In this document: piece by piece, positions 40,537 to 50,165 of the stretch
How the letters are laid out: every line of letters begins with the position of its first letter
How positions within the stretch are numbered: the stretch's first letter is position 1
Source of the DNA: a virus
IMG/VR virus record: IMGVR_UViG_3300033150_000701
Location: 4,985 to 68,984 of that record
Length of the DNA: 64,000 nucleotides
Strand: one strand, 5' to 3'
The notes under the pieces: generated by a model
What the model saw: the letters and a program-made list of their open reading frames with translations, nothing else
Told to the model about the DNA's origin: nothing
Database searches by the model: none
Position numbers and translations under genes: made by a program

Positions 40537-41118
40537 CTAGTCATCTTCTTCACTAAGTACCTCAACCTTAAAGCCATCTCCACCTCGAATAGTATCAATA
40601 AAGCAGCCTTCACAACCATCCAGATCCATATTAACAAAAGCATTGTACCCTTCAGGTAGGCTATTAAAATCAATGTAGCCATCACATGGAATATACTTGT
40701 ACGGTAGTGTTACCCTAATGAATTTCCTCTTCATGTTCTTCAATCGAACTGTAAGCAACGCCTTAACATCTGAATCAGAGTGTAAAGCCATCCCTGAAAC
40801 AGCCTTATCTTCTTTAGATCCTATCTCGTTAGACTCCTTGTTTACCTCAGCAAGTAATCCCTTAAGCCTCGAAATCTTAGATTCTCTGATTCTGGAAAGA
40901 TCAACATCAGATACATGAAAAATGTATTGAAGCTGATCCAGCATTAGCTTAGCATCAGCTATTTCCTCAGTGATACGTTTCAGATTGAATGGTTTAACAG
41001 CCCTTAGAGAATGACATAACTCTACTATAAGCTCAGAGAGTTCCTCGATAGCCATAAGAATCTGGCTTACTTCTTCATAGTGATTGACGCACTCTTTGAA
41101 GATCTCAGATTCATTCAT
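40537..41118 (-). CDS. MazG-like NTP pyrophosphohydrolase with C-terminal extension
   Basis: QILMAIEELSEL...ITEEIADA (ExxE...EExxD). Confidence 0.8.
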   Translation of the reverse strand: MNESEIFKECVNHYEEVSQILMAIEELSELIVELCHSLRAVKPFNLKRITEEIADAKLMLDQLQYIFHVSDVDLSRIRESKISRLKGLLAEVNKESNEIGSKEDKAVSGMALHSDSDVKALLTVRLKNMKRKFIRVTLPYKYIPCDGYIDFNSLPEGYNAFVNMDLDGCEGCFIDTIRGGDGFKVEVLSEEDD

Positions 41119-41480
41119 ACTTCAGAAACCTCCTCTACTGATACAACGTTTCCTCTTACTTCAAAACCAAACGGTGTGAACCACATCTGATCTACAAAGA
41201 CTACATGGTATGTTTTACCAAGTTCCAATTCAACCCTACCAATGAACCTGTAGGTTATGTCCTGTTCCCCATATACCCTAGCCCATACATTAGTGTGATC
41301 ACCAAATCTAGAGCTGTACTCTACTGCTTGAACTGTAATGGTAACCTCATATCTCTGTTGGTGATAGGTTACTGCTTCTATAAAGGTTAAACTGAAAAGG
41401 ATACTTACCAGTAAACCAGTAAACGCTAAGTATACTATAGTGCAAAATTTAACATCATCCAGATCCAATCTACTAACCAC
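41115..41480 (-). CDS. Membrane-anchored protein with small beta-barrel domain
   Basis: N-terminal TM helix followed by a beta-rich domain. Confidence 0.5.
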   Translation of the reverse strand: MVSRLDLDDVKFCTIVYLAFTGLLVSILFSLTFIEAVTYHQQRYEVTITVQAVEYSSRFGDHTNVWARVYGEQDITYRFIGRVELELGKTYHVVFVDQMWFTPFGFEVRGNVVSVEEVSEV

Positions 41481-41491
41481 CCCTTAACTCA

Positions 41492-41758
41492 TCAAGTTCT
41501 AATCTTAGTTACACTAGTAAGTTTATCTCCTCTAACTTTAACACTTGGTGAGTGATCAATAGCCCACTGAACCGCCTCAGAGCAACTACCACTTTCAAAA
41601 ACAATTTCATCATTGTGTTTCACATAGTATCTCCCGCTTATAGGAAATCTGCCTACATAGTATCCCATAGAAAATCTACCTATGATCAATTCTATCTCCA
41701 ATGCTTTCAGATAAGACTCTTCCAGATCTGAACCTAGATCCCGTTCTCCCTTACTCAT
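41492..41758 (-). CDS. Hypothetical protein, paralogue of 43027-43296
   Basis: GRYYVKHNDEIVFES....EAVQWAIDH.P. Confidence 0.55.
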   Translation of the reverse strand: MSKGERDLGSDLEESYLKALEIELIIGRFSMGYYVGRFPISGRYYVKHNDEIVFESGSCSEAVQWAIDHSPSVKVRGDKLTSVTKIRT

Positions 41759-41967
41759 TCTTTACTCCACCTCTTCCCATCTGGCTCTAGTCCAATTCTT
41801 TGAATAATCTCCTTGTAACATCGTTGACACAGTTCAAAAGTGGTTTCGTCTAGAGGAACCCATGGCCTAATTATTTTAAGTATGTAAGTGCCACCTTTCC
41901 ATCCACTTCCCCAAGGTTCCATTTTAGGAATTTCCTTTCCACACCTATCACAAAAATACCTTTTCAA
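41755..41967 (-). CDS. Small Zn-finger protein
   Basis: CDRCG...ELCQRC. Confidence 0.6.
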   Translation of the reverse strand: MKRYFCDRCGKEIPKMEPWGSGWKGGTYILKIIRPWVPLDETTFELCQRCYKEIIQRIGLEPDGKRWSKE

Positions 41968-42266
41968 CAGTTCTCACCTCCCTTCTTTATTTTAGAAGCC
42001 TCCTTCAGTATGTCAGGAGCTGACATGATCTCCTTAAGAATGTGATCCCTAGATCCAAGTGAATCAAGATAGGTACATGTACACTCTCCACCGTACTGAG
42101 GACTCTTAGTACATGGAAAGTGAGAGTTACCACAACAGCTAGTATGCTCATGCCCACACTTAGGACACATCCAGTCTATTTCACCATGATCGTTTACTGG
42201 GAATAGCCATCCATCTCTATCTTCAAGTCTAGTAAAGACCAATACAATATCACCTCTTTGATTCAC
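41964..42266 (-). CDS. Cys-rich small protein
   Basis: CPKCGHEH..CC...H..C......CTC. Confidence 0.5.
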   Translation of the reverse strand: MNQRGDIVLVFTRLEDRDGWLFPVNDHGEIDWMCPKCGHEHTSCCGNSHFPCTKSPQYGGECTCTYLDSLGSRDHILKEIMSAPDILKEASKIKKGGENC

Positions 42267-42507
42267 TTACATGAGCATCTATGTCTCTAGAATGATCCAC
42301 TAATGGTAGATTAAGCAGATCCTCGTTACACTTCAACAGATCATCATAAGACGGTATCGGTAGACCTAGCAAATCCAGCCTGTTCCTCAACATGTTAGCT
42401 GTCCAATCAGCTAAGCACTCTGGACATATCCTACCGATCAGTTGATCGTAGTAATTAGTGATCCTACCACAGAATTGACATGGTTCTTCCTTAACAGTTC
42501 TAACCAA
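42250..42507 (-). CDS. Small Zn-finger protein
   Basis: CQFCG...ICPEC. Confidence 0.55.
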   Translation of the reverse strand: MVRTVKEEPCQFCGRITNYYDQLIGRICPECLADWTANMLRNRLDLLGLPIPSYDDLLKCNEDLLNLPLVDHSRDIDAHVSESKR

Positions 42508-42509
42508 TT

Positions 42510-42941
42510 CTACAGTCCCCCATAGCCTACATTAGATTCAACAGTTGAATTAGATTGAATAGGCTTACAACTAAACAGTATAGTCAGATCTAGAGGTACA
42601 TCTAGTAAATTGTCAACCACTATCCTGTTACACACTACAGGTGTAAACCGCTTAATCTTGAACTGTTCCTTCTTAATCTTGTAGATAGGTATCTTAACAC
42701 CTAGAACAGTAATGTATCCCCATAGCTCTTTATGATCTTTCTTAACATGTGGAGCTAAGTAAGAATGGTAGCTTACTAGATCACGATCGTTGTAAAAGCT
42801 TATAGTGAAGCCTGACTCACTACTAGAGTATAAGCCTGTAATGGTAAGGATGGGTAGTTCCAGTTCAAATGACATTTTAGAAGGAACAGTTATGCTGGTA
42901 AACATTTCACCTCTCCTTAGGAAACACTCAGACTCATTCAT
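42510..42941 (-). CDS. Hypothetical protein
   Basis: ORF with SD AAGGTGA. Confidence 0.5.
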   Translation of the reverse strand: MNESECFLRRGEMFTSITVPSKMSFELELPILTITGLYSSSESGFTISFYNDRDLVSYHSYLAPHVKKDHKELWGYITVLGVKIPIYKIKKEQFKIKRFTPVVCNRIVVDNLLDVPLDLTILFSCKPIQSNSTVESNVGYGGL

Positions 42942-43026
42942 TTTAATTCACCTTCCTATCGCTTTCTCTTTAACTCATTCTCTCTTGTATCAATGCACGT
43001 TACAACTTCAACCTCCTTACTGAAGT

Positions 43027-43296
43027 CTAAAGACCAACCAAAGGCATATGATCCACAACCCATTGTAAAGCCTCATTAGCATCATCAGTTTCAAACACTA
43101 TACTATCATCCTTTTTAACATAGTATTTACCATTGTTAGAGTGTCTACCTATAGTAAGACCAGCTATCTCATTACAGTCCAAAGTGTCAAGAGTAGAATC
43201 AAGTCGTCTTCTATTTTGAAATACATCCTTACTGCTCCAGTCTGAAGATAGACACCTACCTTGATCCTCAAGTCTTTTATAAACCAATAACATCAC
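43027..43296 (-). CDS. Hypothetical protein, paralogue of 41492-41758
   Basis: GKYYVKKDDSIVFET....EALQWVVDH.P. Confidence 0.55.
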   Translation of the reverse strand: MMLLVYKRLEDQGRCLSSDWSSKDVFQNRRRLDSTLDTLDCNEIAGLTIGRHSNNGKYYVKKDDSIVFETDDANEALQWVVDHMPLVGL

Positions 43297-43473
43297 CTCC
43301 TATCCTTCTAACTATATTCAAACTAGTAGTAGTGTTTAAACAGGCTACCTTTGAGTCCTCACAATATTCAACGTTGAACAAACTAACCCAATCCCTCCTA
43401 TACTTGATCTCATAGAATTAACAGGACACCGTAATTCGTTAATTGCTCTAGTCTATTCAAATCCTGTTTACCT

Positions 43474-43725
43474 TCAACCATACAGAATCACCTTTGTATC
43501 CAGATCATGATCTACCTCATACGCATAGTACACTAAGTATTTCTGACCCATCCAGTCTGATCCACTCTCATAGTAAGATCTCTCTACCCCTTTCACAAAT
43601 GGATCCTGTCTAGCTTTAACTATTGCATCTAATCCTGATTCCTCAGAATAGACACCTAAACACACTTGCTTAGGATACTCCATAGTTCCAAACGTATACC
43701 TCATCATTACTTCAAACCTCTTCAA
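43474..43725 (-). CDS. Hypothetical protein
   Basis: ORF following the MTase. Confidence 0.5.
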   Translation of the reverse strand: MKRFEVMMRYTFGTMEYPKQVCLGVYSEESGLDAIVKARQDPFVKGVERSYYESGSDWMGQKYLVYYAYEVDHDLDTKVILYG

Positions 43726-43729
43726 TACC

Positions 43730-44980
43730 CTATCCTCCTCTAGAACCTATTATGCTAGGTTTCTCCATTACCAACACATACTCGTGAGCTAAACAAGGTA
43801 CTTCAGGATACTTCTTATGGTACAGGATACGCCAGAACGATTGCTGTTTCAATCTCAGCTTGTATAGGTTAACAAGTTTGAATCCAATCTTCTTTAACAA
43901 TAGATACGTATGCCAGGGTAGATCTACAACCCTCTTGTTTCTAATGAAAGGCTTAATGACGATTATGGCTTTTCCACCTGTCTTAAGCACCTTCCACATT
44001 TCAGTGTAGACTTGAAACATTGCCTGTAGGTATGTTTCCCTCTTGAGGTTACCTATGTTTTCTTTTGAATCACTATACTTTACACCCTCACCTATCTTTA
44101 TCATAGTGTCATGTTTACCCTTCTCTCTTTCAAGTATTCCACCAGTATGTCTTGATCCTCCCTCAAAGCTACCTTCGTAAGGTGGACTCGTAATGATCGT
44201 ATCTACCTCTGAATAGTGTTTTAAAACAGCGTTTCGAGCTTTACCTCCCAAATATTCTTCAGGATCATACCCAGCTTTTTCAAGTCTTTCTCTTCGTTTC
44301 TCTGAATCTCCACCACTAAGACAAGATCCCTCGTAAGGTGGTGATGTAATAACAGCATCTATATTTCCCAAAGGCAGGTTGCCAATGTTCTCTCTTGAAG
44401 CCCCATAGCCTTCATCTTGCATTGCCAGTCTTCGTTTTAATGCTTCTAGTGATGTAAATGCCCATTTTCGTCCTTTCAAAACCGCTCTCCTATCAACCTC
44501 AATAAGCTTCTTTAATCGCTTTTCTTTGTCTTGTGGATTGTGTTTAAATCCATCTGCGTAAGGGGGACTTGTAACTATGACGTCCATTTCTCCTTGAAGT
44601 AACTTTGATAACTTACGAGCATCACCACAAATATTTACAATTTTACCTTTAGGTGTTGAAGAACGCAGTCTTTCAACTTTTTCCCTTGCCCACTCCATCC
44701 ACTGCCAGAACGTTTTCTCTAGTTCAACACAGACAGCGTGTCTACCATGAAGAGCTGCAACTACGCCTGTTGAACCAGTACCAGCCATAGGATCGAGAAC
44801 TACATCACCTTTATTCGTAAATTTCTTAATGAGAAACTCCAATAGCCTAGTGTTCATCTTTGCAGGATGAACAATCGCATGGTACAAGAACATCCTGTAC
44901 CTACCGAACCCAGGTGTAGGATCGAAGAATAGCTCTTTAGCCTCTAATACATCTTCCACTCTACTCTTAAACTCAATCAA
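43730..44980 (-). CDS. Amino (N4-C/N6-A) DNA methyltransferase with triplicated motif IV
   Basis: HPAK, motif I DPMAGTGST, three TSPPY motifs, VLKTGG, HEYVLVM. Confidence 0.88.
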   Translation of the reverse strand: MIEFKSRVEDVLEAKELFFDPTPGFGRYRMFLYHAIVHPAKMNTRLLEFLIKKFTNKGDVVLDPMAGTGSTGVVAALHGRHAVCVELEKTFWQWMEWAREKVERLRSSTPKGKIVNICGDARKLSKLLQGEMDVIVTSPPYADGFKHNPQDKEKRLKKLIEVDRRAVLKGRKWAFTSLEALKRRLAMQDEGYGASRENIGNLPLGNIDAVITSPPYEGSCLSGGDSEKRRERLEKAGYDPEEYLGGKARNAVLKHYSEVDTIITSPPYEGSFEGGSRHTGGILEREKGKHDTMIKIGEGVKYSDSKENIGNLKRETYLQAMFQVYTEMWKVLKTGGKAIIVIKPFIRNKRVVDLPWHTYLLLKKIGFKLVNLYKLRLKQQSFWRILYHKKYPEVPCLAHEYVLVMEKPSIIGSRGG

Positions 44981-45047
44981 TTAGCATCACTCCCTTCTTT
45001 TCAAATATCATTCCCTCTAGACTTTATTCAACGTTGAATAAGACCAT

Positions 45048-47486
45048 CTAGATCCACCTGTCTAACACGTTAACCCCTACAATATCCCTATCCCAGTCTA
45101 AACCTATGATCCTGATCATTTCCTCAACCTTACCCTTAACCTCTCTATCTATAATACGATCATAGTCTATCCTGTCAAGTATCTCATCAGGTAACTGGTC
45201 TACACTACTAAACCCTATAGCCTTCACTATCTTTTTAGATCCCTTAAACATGATAGTGTCTCTAGGATCCTTCTGTAAAGGCAACATGTAAAACCTGTTG
45301 TTAGCTCTAAGCTCTATATCACACTTAACAGCCTTAAGATAAGCATTAACATGTTCAGAGCACACAGCATACTCTTCAACAGGCTTAGACAGTTTAACAG
45401 GTATAGCTACCTGATCTAAACTTAGAGACCTAATAGAGTCAAGCACACTCTTAACGTAACTAGAGATCTCCTCTTTACCCTTACCCTCAAGCATCATTTC
45501 AGACACCTTTTCCTGAATCTGCTTGGTTAGCTCAGACTCGTTCTTCCTAATGATCTCAAGCCCCTTAGTAACCATGCTACCATCAACAGTTTTACCCCTA
45601 TACCTCTTCTTGGTAACCATGATCAAGCTCTCAAACACATTGTCTACGTCTAACACTATTTCACCTGTATCCCTACCCCACCTAGACTTAATGTGATCCT
45701 TAAGATACTTAGACACTTCACTACTAAGCATAGTGGCTTCACCTAACAGATCATCGGTTTTAAGATCTACAAACACGCTATCAGTATCTCCAGCTATAAC
45801 CCTGTACCCTTTAGACTCAAAGTATCCTTTAACAGCCTTCAACAGTTCCCTACCCAGATATGTTATAGACTCAGCTATCTTAGGGTTGTACAGTCTACTA
45901 GCAGGTACCCTATTAGAAGCATTACCTGAGTAACCGTAAATACCATAAAACGAGTTAATAATGTGCTTAAGAGCATCTGATCTCCTCTTGATCCTAAGTC
46001 TCTCCTTACCCTTAAGACTTGGATCTTTAAGCCTCTGCTTTAACGGTCTACGTAACTTCCTGATCTCATCCAGTAGTGTAGGTGTCCATCCTCTAGGTTC
46101 AGATCTGTAACTGTACTTACCGTCTATGTTAATGTCCCCATTACCAAACGGATCCATAGTTTCATAGCTAATATTGAAAGCAGATATGATACTTGGATAC
46201 AGCTCACTAAAATCCAGTACAGCTATACCAAAATGTACCCCTACAACAGGATCTAGTACTAGTCCACCCTCATAGTCTCTATGCTCATAGAATCGTTTAG
46301 TAGGTAGAGCAACATTGCTCTCTCTAGCCTTTCTAAGATAGCATAGGTCACCTATCTTAGAAGGGTATAGTGTATCACTAAAATTACATCCTACTGTTCT
46401 ACGTATAAGATCAAAGAAGTAGTCTATGATACCTAACTCCTCATCTAACAGCCTAGTTAACTCCACGTCTCTAAGGTTACGTTCCAGTACCTGTATCCAG
46501 TTACTATTCCACATGTCAAACACTTTCTTGTCATGGTGTAAACCAGTATAGCCTAACTCCTGTTCACAAATATCTTCTAGTGTTTCCCATTGAGGTGTAC
46601 CGTAAGCTATCCTGTACAGCTTAGCAAGATCCAGTATTTCCCTACCTTCTATTCTAACACTGTTCAATCCTAGCTTAACACAGTCTAAGCTAGATGCTTT
46701 CTTGTACGGTACACGTAACCGTCTAGCTCTATGAAACACATACAACATGTCAAAGTCACTAAAAGACACTATAATATCTGGATCGGTACTTTTAACGTAA
46801 CTAAAGAACCTAGACAGTAAGGCACGTTCAGATCTGCAAGGTATAAGCATTACACTACTAGACTTATCGATCAACACGCTACTTAGATCAGGACTACCAG
46901 TCTTACCAGTGTACAGTACAAGATAGGTGTCACTGTAAGAGTCACTACACCCTACAGCTATGATCTTGTGTTCAGCATTCAATATACTTGGAAACGTATC
47001 TGAATACGTCTCAATGTCAACATACAGCTTCCTGTATACTGAAGGTACACTATTATCAGGCACTATCTCGTTGTCAATGATCCTGTAGCCACATTTAATA
47101 CCTGAATCTATAAGGTATCTAAGTCTAAACAGTACATCAGCCTCATACGTGTCTACCTCAAAGTATCTTGTTCTAACATCCCTAACCTGATCAGGTATAC
47201 CAGTATAGACCTTGATCAGATCCCTATTTTCAAGTAGACTCTTAACATCAGTCTCAGAGTAACCTGCTATAGCACTATCATTCTTAAGCCTCTTAAACAT
47301 GTAACTGTAAAAGTGATCCCTACCCACATAGAAATAGGGTCTAAACCCTTCTACAGGAGTAACAATCCTAGACTTAGAACTTGGATCTCTACCTAACAAA
47401 TACACTACAGGCTTACCATCCTCAATCTTGTAACACACATTGCAGAGACTAACAGTCTTATACTGCAAGTGGGTTCTCATCCCCAT
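45048..47486 (-). CDS. polB: Family B DNA polymerase
   Basis: Exo I DIET, Pol A DFSELYPSII, Pol B K..INSFYGIYG, Pol C GDTDS, KKRY, KGLE; C-terminal PIP-like NVLDRWI. Confidence 0.96.
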   Translation of the reverse strand: MGMRTHLQYKTVSLCNVCYKIEDGKPVVYLLGRDPSSKSRIVTPVEGFRPYFYVGRDHFYSYMFKRLKNDSAIAGYSETDVKSLLENRDLIKVYTGIPDQVRDVRTRYFEVDTYEADVLFRLRYLIDSGIKCGYRIIDNEIVPDNSVPSVYRKLYVDIETYSDTFPSILNAEHKIIAVGCSDSYSDTYLVLYTGKTGSPDLSSVLIDKSSSVMLIPCRSERALLSRFFSYVKSTDPDIIVSFSDFDMLYVFHRARRLRVPYKKASSLDCVKLGLNSVRIEGREILDLAKLYRIAYGTPQWETLEDICEQELGYTGLHHDKKVFDMWNSNWIQVLERNLRDVELTRLLDEELGIIDYFFDLIRRTVGCNFSDTLYPSKIGDLCYLRKARESNVALPTKRFYEHRDYEGGLVLDPVVGVHFGIAVLDFSELYPSIISAFNISYETMDPFGNGDINIDGKYSYRSEPRGWTPTLLDEIRKLRRPLKQRLKDPSLKGKERLRIKRRSDALKHIINSFYGIYGYSGNASNRVPASRLYNPKIAESITYLGRELLKAVKGYFESKGYRVIAGDTDSVFVDLKTDDLLGEATMLSSEVSKYLKDHIKSRWGRDTGEIVLDVDNVFESLIMVTKKRYRGKTVDGSMVTKGLEIIRKNESELTKQIQEKVSEMMLEGKGKEEISSYVKSVLDSIRSLSLDQVAIPVKLSKPVEEYAVCSEHVNAYLKAVKCDIELRANNRFYMLPLQKDPRDTIMFKGSKKIVKAIGFSSVDQLPDEILDRIDYDRIIDREVKGKVEEMIRIIGLDWDRDIVGVNVLDRWI

Positions 47487-47760
47487 ACTGACGTAACATT
47501 TTCTTAAAGTCTATACCCATATACTCATAGAACTCATCTAGCTTAGTGTTCTCTAAGGCAACAGTAATCTTGAAGGGCATAGCTAAAGCACACTTCTCCT
47601 GATCGAAGGGTAAACAGATCTCACCTATCTTGTTCCCATTCTCATTAAAAATCCATAAATCGGCTATAACCATAACCCCCTCTTTAGGAACATTGGTAAT
47701 CCTAACACTCATAACCCTACCAACCAGATTCATTAGCTCCATCAGCACATCACCATCCAA
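47458..47760 (-). CDS. Hypothetical protein
   Basis: ORF upstream of polB; contains PIP-like NTKLDEFY. Confidence 0.45.
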   Translation of the reverse strand: MDGDVLMELMNLVGRVMSVRITNVPKEGVMVIADLWIFNENGNKIGEICLPFDQEKCALAMPFKITVALENTKLDEFYEYMGIDFKKMLRQYGDENPLAV

Positions 47761-47958
47761 TATTGTTCTATGTATACGCTATTGATCTACGCTCTTTACA
47801 ACTGTGTGTCCACACTCTAAACAGAAAATAAACTTGGATCTTGAAACGTCTAGATCAACCACCTTCCTATACGCATTACACTGGTTACAGTACGCTACAC
47901 AGTCCATGTTAAACCACCTAGTCCCACAGCATATTCAACGTTGAATAAAAACTGATCA

Positions 47959-48816
47959 CTAAGCCTGATCCTGATCCTCTAGTAAAGTATCGTCAATAGC
48001 ATAAGTACCCCACAGCTTCAACAGGTTGTTAACAACCATCTGTAAGTCTTTACTCTGCCTCTTACATCGATCCTCTGCTGGTTTAAGATTCTCCTTGAGT
48101 ATCCTCCATGTAACAAGTTCTGAGGCAGGATCACCCCTGTCATTTCTAGCCTTAGCTATTTCTAGACGCTTTTTGATCTTGACAGGTAAACCCCTCTTAA
48201 GCTCCTTAGCAAACTGTTCAGCATCATGCAACGGTATCTGATCTCCAACACTGTACAGTTCAAACCTAGCAACAGGATCATCCCTAAACGGCTTATACTT
48301 CAACAGTGGATCCAGTATGTTACGTTTACGTATAGACATCTGTCTAGCTAACACTTTAGTCTTCTCTTCAGCCTCTATCATAGAAGGCATAGTAACCTTT
48401 CTAGCATAGTTGAACAGTGTGCTTTCGGGTATACCTGTACGTTCAGATAACTCTTCAAATGTCAATCCTTGATCCCTAAGCTTCTTAACAGCTAAACCCT
48501 TTTCCTCTATAGATAGAGGTTCTTGATGTTCATTCTCCATTAGAGACTCTATCATTTCATCTATGTCTGAATCGTACTCTCTACGTATAAAAGGTATAGA
48601 GGGGTGGTTAGCCTTTAAAGCAGCTAACCACCTTCTCTGTCCAGCAACAACCTCATTGTTAGTGTTAATGATCACAGGCTGTCTAACACCTTCAGACAGT
48701 ATAGACATTGACAGTTCACTAATCCTCTTCTCCCTCTCAATAGTTCTAACGTTGTTAGGTGAAACCTTTAACAGCTTAGGATCAATGTCTCCTCTCTCTA
48801 CCGTTCTAGATCCCAT
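47959..48816 (-). CDS. ParB/Srx-domain protein with HTH (ParB/Noc/KorB-like)
   Basis: N.R, L..SI...GVRQPV, AGQRRWLAA (GxxRxxA box), ENEHQEPLS, HTH LTFEELSERTGIPESTLFNY, C-terminal putative dimerisation segment. Confidence 0.87.
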   Translation of the reverse strand: MGSRTVERGDIDPKLLKVSPNNVRTIEREKRISELSMSILSEGVRQPVIINTNNEVVAGQRRWLAALKANHPSIPFIRREYDSDIDEMIESLMENEHQEPLSIEEKGLAVKKLRDQGLTFEELSERTGIPESTLFNYARKVTMPSMIEAEEKTKVLARQMSIRKRNILDPLLKYKPFRDDPVARFELYSVGDQIPLHDAEQFAKELKRGLPVKIKKRLEIAKARNDRGDPASELVTWRILKENLKPAEDRCKRQSKDLQMVVNNLLKLWGTYAIDDTLLEDQDQA

Positions 48817-48819
48817 AGT

Positions 48820-49857
48820 CTACATCACCAGTTCCTCAATAGGCACATATCCTAGACCTCTAACAAACATTCTCTCTTCTGATCCATCGCTACCTCTAAA
48901 CGAGTCTAAGTACCCTAACAGGTACACCCTACTGTCCTCTCCAAACCCTATAGGAATATCCCTGTTCATCAGACACATAACACCCTGATCAAAACCTAAC
49001 TCCTCATCATCCAGCCATAGCACGGTGTCACTATTATCTTTCAACTTGATACTTACAACATCAGCCTCAATCACCATAGGTGAAGTAGGATCTCTACCTA
49101 GTACACTCCAAGCCATATCCAGCTCTGAAAGCCTGTATATTTTAGGCATCACACTCTTAAGAACCTCAGAGTGTTTAATGTCCAGATCCACCTTTTGAAT
49201 GTCAGTGTACTGTGTAGCATTAAGCTCTAATCCAAACCCTGACGTACCAGTATTCCTCTCCATAGCTCTAAACCTTACATCACTTAGAAACGGGTACTTT
49301 AACTCAGCAGCCTGATCCCCTCTAAAGTATACTGAAGCAAACTGGTAGTCAGAATTGATCTTACGTACTACACCGTAGAGCGTTCTAGCATAGGAGTGAT
49401 CATCATATGCAAACGGTCTAAGATAGTTAGGGTTCTCCTTCCATCCCTTACTAGTAAAAATACGCTCTCTAGGATCTAAAGGTGTACCGTCAATATCTGT
49501 AAGCTTATCTCTAACAGCCCTATCTGGATCCCTCTTGTATGCAGCTACAGCCTTGTTCTTCAGTATCTCTACAAAGTCTAGTAGACCACTCTCACCTATT
49601 ATGAACCCTTCAAACACTCTAGTAGGTGAAAACAGTGATCCCTGTCTTCTAAGTTCACCTCTAAGCTTCCTTTTAGCTCTGATCCAGTGCTTGTTAGCTT
49701 TAGGGTGCTTCTCAACATCCATCCTGTAGTACTTTACTAGATCAGCCTTAAGCCTGTCTAGTGGTATCCATAACTGTTCAGAGTACTCTTTAAGAGACTC
49801 TAAGATACTTTCAGGTATATTCTCCTCACTCAAGTTTAAACACACCTCCATTTTCAA
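48820..49857 (-). CDS. Putative OB-fold ssDNA-binding protein (likely start TTG near 49833)
   Basis: C-terminal OB-like strands; located among recombination genes; SD GGAGGTG before LSEEN. Confidence 0.45.
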   Translation of the reverse strand: MKMEVCLNLSEENIPESILESLKEYSEQLWIPLDRLKADLVKYYRMDVEKHPKANKHWIRAKRKLRGELRRQGSLFSPTRVFEGFIIGESGLLDFVEILKNKAVAAYKRDPDRAVRDKLTDIDGTPLDPRERIFTSKGWKENPNYLRPFAYDDHSYARTLYGVVRKINSDYQFASVYFRGDQAAELKYPFLSDVRFRAMERNTGTSGFGLELNATQYTDIQKVDLDIKHSEVLKSVMPKIYRLSELDMAWSVLGRDPTSPMVIEADVVSIKLKDNSDTVLWLDDEELGFDQGVMCLMNRDIPIGFGEDSRVYLLGYLDSFRGSDGSEERMFVRGLGYVPIEELVM

Positions 49858-49868
49858 TACTATGTTTT

Positions 49869-50030
49869 TTACTGGTGAGCATTCAGAAGTAACCTCTTCT
49901 GTAGCTCTTTATCCTTAACAAACTCTCTAATCAGTCTAGGGATCAGATCCTTCTGTAAGCCATAAGGCATTATGATCCGTTTAAGCTCCCTAGACAGTTC
50001 ATCAGGTATCTCTATTAACAGCTTAGTCAT
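49869..50030 (-). CDS. Ribbon-helix-helix (CopG-like) regulator, 53 aa (not in ORF track)
   Basis: MTKLLIEIPDELSRELKR...LIPRLIREFV; SD GGTGA and TATA-like CTTAAATA upstream. Confidence 0.55.
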   Translation of the reverse strand: MTKLLIEIPDELSRELKRIIMPYGLQKDLIPRLIREFVKDKELQKRLLLNAHQ

Positions 50031-50165
50031 ACATTATCACCTTACCCTAAGTTAGGTACTTGTATTTAAGAGTTAGCTAAGCTAACCCATTTACCATACT
50101 GTGCTAACACTCCCTCCTTACACTTTGATTTTCATTAGAGTAGGTAGACATGCTAATCCTACCAG

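Noticed and set aside
40476-40685. Alternative-frame ORF ending in the palindrome (FYIQR*)
   Set aside because: Largely overlaps the MazG-like gene on the same strand; its stop is simply the TGA inside the motif.
43730-43745. C-terminal Gly-Gly (MTase SRGG; also JAB RGGIY, 42510 YGGL, tape measure RGGLA) as Ubl-like termini
   Set aside because: Most overlap the purine-rich Shine-Dalgarno of the next gene, and none of the proteins looks like a beta-grasp fold.
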